Below are positions 34,398 through 42,835 of a stretch of 64,000 nt of DNA, piece by piece. The stretch is from Alphaproteobacteria bacterium. Lineage in GTDB: Bacteria; Pseudomonadota; Alphaproteobacteria; G965222575. Every line of letters starts with the position of its first letter. The stretch's first letter is position 1. The notes below the pieces were generated by a model. It worked only from the letters and a program-made list of their open reading frames with translations, was not told the DNA's origin and did not search any database. The position numbers and the translations under genes are program-made. The stretch covers positions 1 through 64,000 of the forward strand of contig OZ244958.1 in the NCBI GenBank assembly GCA_965222575.1. The letters are read 5' to 3'.

Positions 34398-36641
34398 TCA
34401 AAGAACAGTATCTTCAACAGACAACTCCCATGTTATGCCTGTCTTGTCCTTATAAACACCTTTTAAGACTTTATAATAGAGATTATCTCCAATTTCTTCA
34501 ACCATTTTTATTGCTTTCAATTTCAATAATTCTTTTGGATAGAGTCCAACGGTGTAACGCTGGAGTCTTCGTAGGATAAACCCCAGAGGCTTTTCTTCAC
34601 GCACTTGATGTTTAAGTGCGTAAAGCGCCTTTTCAGCCTCTTTATTATAGGGAACAAAAACCGAAGTCGTTTTATCCTCAATGAACTGAAAGTCCTTGCC
34701 TGCTGTGCGAAATTGAAATGTCCCTTGGGCAGCATCTCTTTGCAGTTTCTCCTCCATTTTAGATGTATCAAAAGCGTCTTCTTTGCGGTTGCTCCTTCTA
34801 AATAAACACTCAAAATATTGTTGACATAGTTCCGGGGTCTCCAGATTATTGATATCAAAGTCTTCTCGTGAACAAAGAGATATCATAACATTTTTGCCAT
34901 CCTTAAGCCTTCCTTTTGGAGGCTCAGACGGAAAAACATACACATCCCCTTTTTCGAGTTTCCCTTCCCGATTACAACGGCCAGCGGCCTGAACAATAGA
35001 GTCCAATCCCGCTAAAGCACGAAACACAACAGGAAAATCTAAATCAACCCCAGCCTCAATAAGATTAGTACTAATGACCCAAGTTGGCTCTCTTCTCTCT
35101 AAGCGCTGACGAATTGTCTCAATAACCTCAGAGCGATGCTGCGCACACATCAATGTGGATAAATGATACACTTCTTCAGTTGGTCTCTTGCAAGAGACCA
35201 ACTGAAATAGCTCTAAGGCCTCTTTACGCTTATGAACAACACACAAACCGCTTTCATGCTCCAATATCCGCGGACAAATATCTTCCCATGAAGATTCTTT
35301 ACACAACTCTTTCTGATTCGGAAAATGATACCGAACGCGACTAAGTTTTTCGTAGTATTCTTCAGGGGCTTGAAGTATCTCTTTCGTCAAGATTTTCTCT
35401 AGCTTTTCTCTCCCTAGGAAATCAGTGTGCTTGTCAAAATTAAGAGGCGTTGCAGTAGACAACAAAAACGTCACCCCATAGCTCTCTTGAAGCACTCTTA
35501 TTATATGCCGAATAGGGTTTTGGTGCTCTAAGGGCAACAATTGCCATTCATCGAGAACAATAATACTATCAACAAGGTTGTGCAGTTTTCGGCACCGACT
35601 AGGACGGGCAGCATAAAGGGATTCAAAGAGCTGTACTGTTGTGGTAATGATTAAAGGAGCATCCCAATTTTCAGCAGCTAACCGCACCCAATGCTCCACA
35701 GAGCCCGGTCTCTCCTCCTCCTTTTTATCCGGGTCCATATTGCTATGGTGCTCCAGAATAATGTTTTCATCTTTCAGCCGAGCAAAGACCTTCCGAAAGG
35801 TATCGGCTGTTTGCTCTATAATACTTGTATAAGGAATGGCATAGATGATTCTGGATTTTTTGTGTTTGATTGCGTGTTCTAAGGCAAATCCTAAACTCGA
35901 CAAGGTCTTGCCGCCACCCGTAGGAACCGTTAGTGTGAATACACCGGGGGGCTTGTGCCCAGAGGCTTGGCATTGCTCTAAGATTTTTGAACGCATGCAA
36001 TTGATAGGCGTCGTTTTATCTGTCAAACGCTCCATATAGCCCGTAAAGCACTCAGACATCTCCTCCATTTTCACAGAGGTTTCGCGCTTATGTGACTGCT
36101 CTTTATTCATAAATTCTTCCGTATCAAGATAATCGGCATCCACAAGACAAGAAAATACCATGCGTATCCATACATGTAGCTCCTCACACTTCTTTACATC
36201 CTCGGGAAGGGTAGGCGTACTATTGCTATTCTTTTTAATGTTTTCTGGTGCTTGCTCTAGTGCTTGTGTTAGGAATTTTTTGTCTTCGTCAAAAATCTCC
36301 GTTAGACTTCGTCCATTTCCACAAACATAATCAGGTAATCCGGCATGGTGTCCAGCAATTATATAGGCAAGGATTTTTCCAAAGCATTCTCCAAGTTCTT
36401 GATGAGCGTATAGTGCGCCAGTGGAGGCATGGTGTGTGTCATTGGATTTTTTTACTTTTCCTCGAAGATAGCATTGAAAGGGACGACGATATTTCCCAAA
36501 ATCGTGCCATAGCCCTGCCAGATAAGCCCATTGCTTTCCTATTTTTTCTCCGGCAAATTGTTCCGCCAATTGAGCAACTCTAAGGAGATGTTCCTCGAGC
36601 TTATGTTCCCTTTTATCTTTCAAGTGAGCTAAAAATAGCAT
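34398..36641 (-). CDS. cas3: Cas3 HD nuclease-helicase
   Basis: LEEHL, WHDFGK, IAGHHAGL, LVDAD, VPTGGGKT, SAT, QAAGRCNREG. Confidence 0.97.
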   Translation of the reverse strand: MLFLAHLKDKREHKLEEHLLRVAQLAEQFAGEKIGKQWAYLAGLWHDFGKYRRPFQCYLRGKVKKSNDTHHASTGALYAHQELGECFGKILAYIIAGHHAGLPDYVCGNGRSLTEIFDEDKKFLTQALEQAPENIKKNSNSTPTLPEDVKKCEELHVWIRMVFSCLVDADYLDTEEFMNKEQSHKRETSVKMEEMSECFTGYMERLTDKTTPINCMRSKILEQCQASGHKPPGVFTLTVPTGGGKTLSSLGFALEHAIKHKKSRIIYAIPYTSIIEQTADTFRKVFARLKDENIILEHHSNMDPDKKEEERPGSVEHWVRLAAENWDAPLIITTTVQLFESLYAARPSRCRKLHNLVDSIIVLDEWQLLPLEHQNPIRHIIRVLQESYGVTFLLSTATPLNFDKHTDFLGREKLEKILTKEILQAPEEYYEKLSRVRYHFPNQKELCKESSWEDICPRILEHESGLCVVHKRKEALELFQLVSCKRPTEEVYHLSTLMCAQHRSEVIETIRQRLERREPTWVISTNLIEAGVDLDFPVVFRALAGLDSIVQAAGRCNREGKLEKGDVYVFPSEPPKGRLKDGKNVMISLCSREDFDINNLETPELCQQYFECLFRRSNRKEDAFDTSKMEEKLQRDAAQGTFQFRTAGKDFQFIEDKTTSVFVPYNKEAEKALYALKHQVREEKPLGFILRRLQRYTVGLYPKELLKLKAIKMVEEIGDNLYYKVLKGVYKDKTGITWELSVEDTVL

Positions 36642-36842
36642 AAACGCTTTTCAATTTTTAATTGTCAGTATTATTGTACACTTTAATACTTCTGAGATAC
36701 AAATCTCAAGAGGAAACTATTAGGAGCGGTGGAAAAATTGATGGGGAGAACTTGCTGGAGATTACAGCACATACCCCATGCTCACAGCAACCCTGAAGAA
36801 CACTATTGGTAGTTATTTAAGAGAAGATACTTTTCTCTACTC

Positions 36843-36877
36843 AAAAAAAAGAGGCTTACCACGAAGGGTAAGCCTCT
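36843..36877 (-). terminator. intrinsic terminator
   Basis: AGAGGCTTACC-CTTCGT-GGTAAGCCTCT stem-loop followed by a T run on the minus strand. Confidence 0.8.
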
Positions 36878-36907
36878 GGCCTCGCAGCCGAAGCTACAAG
36901 GGGAATT
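36843..36907 (-). ncRNA. candidate ~65-nt two-hairpin small RNA upstream of cas3
   Basis: cUUCGg hairpin (36880-36901) followed by the terminator; TTGACA at 36942-36937 upstream; no ORF. Confidence 0.4.
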
Positions 36908-37032
36908 AACAATAGAGTGACATATCTGTGCAGCTTTGTCAAAGCAACTTTTTCAAGATTCAATATCAGTATTCTCACTCAAGAGAGTATAGACAGCAAA
37001 GACTTATAGATAGCGCATTGCTGTGATGTCTC

Positions 37033-37498
37033 TTAAGCGCTAGACACATGGCGGTGTATCCAGTCTATAAATTCCTCTTCTGTCACACTATGATCGGCAA
37101 TCCCAACACACACGTTTTCTATGTCTTCTGTAAGCCGGTTTCTTGCCTCCTACCCATTCTCTTTGCTTCTATAAGTACCCCCTTTGTTGTTCCAAAAAAT
37201 ATATTTTTGCATTTATGATCCTCACCTGATTCTCCAGCAGAAAAAGGGCACATGTAATCCAGCCTATGCGTTTGTTTCCATCTAGGAAGGGATGGTTTTG
37301 AATGAGACTGCACGCATAACAAGTAGCAAGCACTACAATATCATCAATGCCTTGATAATAATGAAGATTCTTAGGGCGTTCTATGGCAGAGATGAGTAAT
37401 CCTTCATCCCGCAGACCAGAAAGCCCACCGCCATATTTAGCCATTTGCTGATGATAGGCATCAAGGACTGTATCTTTATCAATCCATTGGATGGTCAA
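37033..37498 (-). pseudogene. Doc/Fic family toxin interrupted by a ~73-bp insertion
   Basis: GLRDEGLL.SA..RP and HPFLDGNKR Fic motif; the typical C-terminus (LTEDIENVCVGIADHSVTEEEFIDWIHRH) continues in another frame at 37140-37033. Confidence 0.8.
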
Positions 37499-37504
37499 GA
37501 TATA

Positions 37505-37645
37505 TCAACGCTTAGCAAGTCTTTTCAGAGCCTCATGATCTCGGCGCATAATCTCTTTGACCAGCTCTTGATTGGTCTTGCGATCAGGGCGAGGAGGGCT
37601 ATGGGGTTTCCTTGAGATTTTCTCTTTAAGGGGGGTTGGCTTCAT
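37505..37645 (-). CDS. 46-aa putative antitoxin of Doc
   Basis: GGAG SD plus ATG; MKPTPLKEK...ELVKEIMRRDHEALKRLAKR; C-terminal helix resembles Doc-associated antitoxins; ends 6 nt before the doc start. Confidence 0.65.
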   Translation of the reverse strand: MKPTPLKEKISRKPHSPPRPDRKTNQELVKEIMRRDHEALKRLAKR

Positions 37646-37668
37646 TGTTACTCTCCATATTGACCCTA

Positions 37669-37697
37669 AGTATACACAATTGTGTAGAAAAATGCAA
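37669..37697 (-). promoter_or_regulatory. TA operon promoter with palindromic operator
   Basis: TTGCAT-N17-TATACT with extended TG; perfect palindrome TACACAATTGTGTA at 37673-37686. Confidence 0.6.
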
Positions 37698-37731
37698 ATC
37701 TCTAAAGAGAGGACTAGAAAGACTTTTCGTC

Positions 37732-37760
37732 TTGACTTCTCCTTAAATTTCTTCTATAGA
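37732..37760 (+). promoter_or_regulatory. putative sigma70 promoter of riboswitch-btuB
   Basis: TTGACT-N17-TATAGA immediately before the riboswitch. Confidence 0.5.
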
Positions 37761-37764
37761 AACT

Positions 37765-37960
37765 AGTGCTAGAGGTGACGGTTTTTCACAAGCCGTAAAA
37801 AGGGAAGTATGGTGCGGAATTCCTCCAAAACCATCGCTGCTCCCGCAACTGTAGGCGACGAGCCTCATAGTCAAAGTACCCACTGACCGCAAAGCGTACG
37901 CGGTTGGGAAGGAAGACTGTGAAGCGTACAACTCGCAAGCCAGGAAACCTGCCTCTACGC
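37765..37960 (+). promoter_or_regulatory. cobalamin (AdoCbl) riboswitch
   Basis: AAAAGGGAAG..GGTG, GCTGCTCCCGCAACTGTA, CCACTG...GGGAAGG and B12 box AGCCAGGAAACCTGCC, upstream of a TonB-dependent receptor. Confidence 0.95.
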
Positions 37961-38061
37961 CATCATCGTACCTGCTACACGGGAAGCGTACAGGAACGTC
38001 AACGTTCAGGTGATGTACAACAAATCTGCCCCATCCCGTTGGCTAGAGAATAAGATTAGGT

Positions 38062-39933
38062 GTGCATATGAAGAAATGGGTACCCATTGGGACTATACTA
38101 TCTCTTTGCTTTTCTTACCTGCCTATGGCACTGACAAAACCTCTCCATCTCTCCATTTTCGTCCCTAAAGACTTACAAGACAATGCCTTCGGTTCTCGCT
38201 TCACAACCATCACAGAAGAGCAACTCAAACACCAATACATCTCAACCTTCACAGATGCCTTACAAAATGTTCCCGGCCTCAACATAGGACAAAGCGGTAG
38301 CATAGGGGGACTGAGCTCCGTTTGGATACGCGGGGCGGAATCAAACCATTTTGCCCTCTTCATCAATGACATAGAGATTCCAAGATTTTCCGGTAGCCCA
38401 GACTTGTCTAAAATCCCTAGTAACCAAATTGAACGCATCATAATCACACGCGGACCCCAAGGAGACCTTTCCGGTGCGGCAGCAGGAGCTATTCATATCT
38501 ACACATACAACAAGGCATTTTCTACCAAAGACTCTGTCCTCACAGTACGAGCTGGTCATACAACCTCTTTGTCTCTCCATCTTGAAAACGCCACCGATAC
38601 AACAACAGTCCAAAGTCGCTTATCATACCAACAAGACCAGGGCTGGGATGCTTCTCTTGACCTGAATGGGCAAAAAGATGGCGCTAGACATTTTGCGCTG
38701 TCTCTGAATACAACACATGCACTACAATCCTCTCTCTTAGTGTCTGCTAATATGCTCTATGCCAACATAACCAGTGAGTTTGATAACATCTCCCCCGGCT
38801 GCGGCTCCACAGCGTGCTATGTCAAAGAAGCCCCTTATACCTCCAACACGCAACTCGGGGGATTTCGCGTGAGCGGAACATACCAACAGGGAAACCTCGT
38901 CCACACACCAAACTTCTCTCTGTTTCGAGAGACTTCAACATACAAAAGCACCACCACCGCAAGCTCTACAGATACAGTGGCTCTTGCCCAGTATCAAGTC
39001 TCCTACAAAGAGGGGACACACCAGACAATAAAGGCTACACTAGCCTACAAGGTGGAAACATTTGCGAATTCTTACGCAGGGAAAACCCCCAAAAGTCGCA
39101 CGCAACGCAGTCTCATTTTAGGATATCAAGGACATATCACAAAGACCTTTCGTCTACGCACTAGTCTCCGACTTGAAGACAATGACCGATTCCAAAATGC
39201 CACCGGATGGTCTATAGCTAGTTCCTACGATATCATCCCTTCCTTCCTACGCCTTCATGGCTCCATAGGGCAAGGGCAAGTGCCACCAACCTTCTTTGAA
39301 CAATTCGGCTTTATCCCAGGGGAATTTATGGGCAATTCCTCACTGAAACCAGAAAAAACACTGGGGGGAGATACCGGGCTTACACTCTTTCTCTGGGGCA
39401 ACGCTACCTTCATTGACCTCACCATCTTCAAGAGCGTACTCACCAACGAAATCAAAGGATACGGCCAATCTGTACAGAACCTCACGCAAAAGAGTCTCCG
39501 CACAGGCCTCGAGATGACCTTTGAGACAACATCGTCAACCCTCTTTTCTCTCAGAGCCTCCTATACCTATCTCAAGGCAACAGACGCCCACGGAAAGCCC
39601 GAAACACGACGCCCCACACATACCGCTTCTGTGCAGCTCTCTTTGTTACTCGCCAAGAATTTTCGCATCAGTGTCAACACGACCTACAGCGGACGTTCCC
39701 TGCAACAGGACTTCAGTGCCTCCTCCGCCGCCTCCGCCTCCTCCGCCTCCGCCGCCGCCCCCATCCTCATCACCCGCCCCGCTAGCATAGCCCTCTCTTT
39801 ACAAGCCGGACTCTCTCTCAGCAAACAACTAGAACTCTTCTCATCCTTCTCAGCACCAACCCAACACGCCACCCCTCTCGGCTACGCAAAAAGACCATTC
39901 AGAATCCTCATCGGCATGCAAATAAAACAGTAA
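38062..39933 (+). CDS. btuB: TonB-dependent receptor, probable cobalamin transporter
   Basis: Plug motifs DALQNVPGL, SVWIRG, IERIIITRGP; GNSSLKPE; B12 riboswitch upstream. Confidence 0.85.
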   Translation: MHMKKWVPIGTILSLCFSYLPMALTKPLHLSIFVPKDLQDNAFGSRFTTITEEQLKHQYISTFTDALQNVPGLNIGQSGSIGGLSSVWIRGAESNHFALFINDIEIPRFSGSPDLSKIPSNQIERIIITRGPQGDLSGAAAGAIHIYTYNKAFSTKDSVLTVRAGHTTSLSLHLENATDTTTVQSRLSYQQDQGWDASLDLNGQKDGARHFALSLNTTHALQSSLLVSANMLYANITSEFDNISPGCGSTACYVKEAPYTSNTQLGGFRVSGTYQQGNLVHTPNFSLFRETSTYKSTTTASSTDTVALAQYQVSYKEGTHQTIKATLAYKVETFANSYAGKTPKSRTQRSLILGYQGHITKTFRLRTSLRLEDNDRFQNATGWSIASSYDIIPSFLRLHGSIGQGQVPPTFFEQFGFIPGEFMGNSSLKPEKTLGGDTGLTLFLWGNATFIDLTIFKSVLTNEIKGYGQSVQNLTQKSLRTGLEMTFETTSSTLFSLRASYTYLKATDAHGKPETRRPTHTASVQLSLLLAKNFRISVNTTYSGRSLQQDFSASSAASASSASAAAPILITRPASIALSLQAGLSLSKQLELFSSFSAPTQHATPLGYAKRPFRILIGMQIKQ

Positions 39934-39961
39934 ATGTCTTTACCGGTTATTAAAAAAACAC

Positions 39962-39990
39962 TTGAAAATCCATAATATTTTTGTTATAAT
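39962..39990 (+). promoter_or_regulatory. near-consensus sigma70 promoter of the S8 protease array
   Basis: TTGAAA-N17-TATAAT with extended -10 TG. Confidence 0.7.
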
Positions 39991-40034
39991 TCCAAGACCC
40001 GTTGCCTTCTAGTAAACTGAAGCAAACACATACC

Positions 40035-42818
40035 ATGAAAAAATTCTTGTGGACACTCCCTCTAGTCTGCTTTCTCCCTCTATTAGTAGGCTGTGGAGGT
40101 AGTGGTGGTGGCGGTAGCAGTGGTGGTGGTGGCGGCCAAGTTAACCAAACGACTGGTACTGGTGAAGACGACTCTGGCGGTAACACTCTTGTCCAGAACC
40201 CTAGCCCTCCTATTCCCCCTATCCAAACCCCTCCTGTTGTGACCATCCCTGACTCTGACCCCCCCCTTGTCCAAGATACTCCGGAGGAAGTCGAGGAGAA
40301 AAAATTCGCAGCTCTTGTGACGCGCACTAGGGCAGCAGCGGCAGCGGTAAAATTTCAGATACAACGTCCTACCGAAGCGGACATCGCAAGCTTTCCCATC
40401 ATCAAAAGCAAAGAATTTAAAGACTCTGCTTACTGGACAAATAAAAATGATAAAAACTACATCCTAAGCTTTAGAGTTAGCCGCGAGTATAAAGGCAACA
40501 AATTTGTCTATGATGTACTAGGCTTATCGGAAGTTTATGCTCGGAATATCACTGGAAAATATATGAGTGGCATCTCTCAAGGGGAGCCTGTGAAAATCGG
40601 CGTCTGGGATTCAGGCATAACAAAAAGCGCTTTGAATTACAGAATCAGCAGAGAAAAACACCATGATACCTTAAAAACCCGAGTTACAGGGGTTTCGGTA
40701 GAAAACATGAATGAAAATGGTGATACTATCGATAAGGATGTCAAACTGTCTGACAAAGATACGCTTCTACGGGGGACAGTGATTGCTGCCCTGATTGCTG
40801 CTGGGAAAGATTATAGCATTGACAGAGGAGGCGACTATGAAGGCATACATGGCGTAGCCTACGACGCAACCCTCTTTTCTGTTGCCCAAAAATTATCAAT
40901 AGGTACAAGAGACATAGATACAAGAGATAATGCTGGAAAGACAATAGACCTAGAAAAAGTCGTAAAAAGATTTGTGAAAGAGGGCGTAAAAGTCCTCAAC
41001 ATAAGCTTTAACGACCAAAATGCGCCTCCTATTGCAGGCGGGCCGGACTGGTTTACCCCTTCAATGATTAAATCCTTAAAAGACGCTGACATTGTGACAG
41101 TCATGACGGCAGGACAGGTTTCACGAAACGAACCTTGGTATCCGGGTACAAAAGCATACGGCGCAGGAATGAAAGGATATGGATTAGTCATTGTAGAAGC
41201 CACAGCAGACAATAAAAAAGATAGGAAGAATGGGGAAGAATTTATTAAGCAAACCGATGTTACTGACAAAATCTTTCTTGGAAAACCACCAGACGTCATC
41301 ATTAATGGGGTTTCACACTCTTATAGCGGTAGCAACAGTGCTGCCTGTGGAGAGGAGTGGAAGTATTGCCTCACTGTCATCACACAGTGGTTTGGAAGCG
41401 GAAGCCCCGGAAGCAGCGCGGGGCTTCAATCACCACGCGCTTACCTTGCTCAGGATAAAAAGGGCGATAGTATCACAGAAAGAAAAACGAATGACTCTCC
41501 TGTTGTAACAGGAGCTGGTGCCGCTCTTGCAAGCGGAGCAGTGGCGTTATTACGGGGGGCTTATCCTACATTAAAAGGCAATGAGATTGTTGCTCTTTTG
41601 CTGGATTCTGCTATCAAACCACCAAAAGACACGCTCCTTGCTGACAAAGAGCAGTGGCGCGCAAAGTTCGGACGGGGTATTTTAAGTGTCAAAGAAGCAC
41701 TGAAACAATCTTTTGAAGCAGCGGTTCCCGCGCAAACTGCTAGTTCTTATGAGGCTACTGGGTTTTCTCTTTCTGCAGGAGGAGTGCGTGTAGCCCCCAG
41801 TCTTGGTGCCTTACCTCTTTTGAAACCGCTCAAGGGCAATACTCCCTTACAGATTTTGTTTTTTGATAAGTTCAGAGACCCTAATAGATATTGGGTACAA
41901 GACATAAACGATACATTTCTGTCTTTTGCTTCAAGAGGGGAAGAGAAGCCTGTGTTGTCTTTCTTTTCTTCTGTTTCCAGCACACTAAAGGCAGAAGTTG
42001 ACAAAGGGAGATTGTTGTTGAATAAGGAAGAGGGGAAAATGGCTTATGAAGGGGTGTTAGGAGAGGTGCCTTATCGTGTAGGGATTGGAGGAGAAATACT
42101 AGAGGAAGAGGATAGAGTATTAGCCTTAGCGTCTCACGGAGACCTTTTGGAGGAGAAGCGGTCTTTTTCATTAGGGTCTGGTTTTTACTTAGGGTTTGCT
42201 CAAGGAGAAAAAGAGGGGTATCGTGTGTATAGTGGATATCGTAAGACATTCGGGAGTGGGTTTTTGTATGGGGAAGCTGGTATTGTGAGAGAAGGGGAAG
42301 CCTTTTTAGGAGGGAGAGGTACAGCCTTTATGGAGTTTTCTAATGGAGGGAGGACTTGGTATGGGAGGATACAGGGGCGAATGCGTGTTGGGGGATTTGA
42401 GATGAATGTTGCGGCTTATATGGGGCGTAGTTTTTCTGGAGGGGAGGGGTCTAGGAGCAGTTGGTTAAGGCTTAAAGAAGGGAGAAGCCAAAGTGGGGGC
42501 ATCAGTATTAAAAGGGGGTTATCAAGAAAGAGAAGTATAGAGCTTGGGGCGCTTTTCCCTCTTAAAAGCTCTTATGTGGGAGAGATGTCTCAATTGGAGG
42601 TCTTAAAAGGCGACCTATTAGGGACTTTGCGTTGGTCACAACATGATGTAAGATTGTCCTCAGAAGGAAGAGAAAAGCTTTTTTATGGCTCTTATACGCA
42701 AGTCGTGAAGACAGGAGGGAAGATACACCTATCCTTCGGAGTGAGACTACAAAGAAACCATGTCCCTAATAGGGTACCGGAAAGCTTTTACCTCTTACAA
42801 TATCGGCGTGCTTTCTAA
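40035..42818 (+). CDS. S8 subtilase-like lipoprotein, copy 1 (catalytic His and Ser lost) with C-terminal OM-type domain
   Basis: Lipobox LVGC; IGVWDSG; LLRGTVIAA in place of HGT; GAGAA in place of GTSMA; shared C-terminal module ending YRRAF. Confidence 0.85.
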   Translation: MKKFLWTLPLVCFLPLLVGCGGSGGGGSSGGGGGQVNQTTGTGEDDSGGNTLVQNPSPPIPPIQTPPVVTIPDSDPPLVQDTPEEVEEKKFAALVTRTRAAAAAVKFQIQRPTEADIASFPIIKSKEFKDSAYWTNKNDKNYILSFRVSREYKGNKFVYDVLGLSEVYARNITGKYMSGISQGEPVKIGVWDSGITKSALNYRISREKHHDTLKTRVTGVSVENMNENGDTIDKDVKLSDKDTLLRGTVIAALIAAGKDYSIDRGGDYEGIHGVAYDATLFSVAQKLSIGTRDIDTRDNAGKTIDLEKVVKRFVKEGVKVLNISFNDQNAPPIAGGPDWFTPSMIKSLKDADIVTVMTAGQVSRNEPWYPGTKAYGAGMKGYGLVIVEATADNKKDRKNGEEFIKQTDVTDKIFLGKPPDVIINGVSHSYSGSNSAACGEEWKYCLTVITQWFGSGSPGSSAGLQSPRAYLAQDKKGDSITERKTNDSPVVTGAGAALASGAVALLRGAYPTLKGNEIVALLLDSAIKPPKDTLLADKEQWRAKFGRGILSVKEALKQSFEAAVPAQTASSYEATGFSLSAGGVRVAPSLGALPLLKPLKGNTPLQILFFDKFRDPNRYWVQDINDTFLSFASRGEEKPVLSFFSSVSSTLKAEVDKGRLLLNKEEGKMAYEGVLGEVPYRVGIGGEILEEEDRVLALASHGDLLEEKRSFSLGSGFYLGFAQGEKEGYRVYSGYRKTFGSGFLYGEAGIVREGEAFLGGRGTAFMEFSNGGRTWYGRIQGRMRVGGFEMNVAAYMGRSFSGGEGSRSSWLRLKEGRSQSGGISIKRGLSRKRSIELGALFPLKSSYVGEMSQLEVLKGDLLGTLRWSQHDVRLSSEGREKLFYGSYTQVVKTGGKIHLSFGVRLQRNHVPNRVPESFYLLQYRRAF

Positions 42819-42835
42819 TACCAAGTAGTACAAAA

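Noticed and set aside
36843-36907. tracrRNA interpretation of the two-hairpin element
   Set aside because: No anti-repeat complementarity, and type I-C systems do not use a tracrRNA
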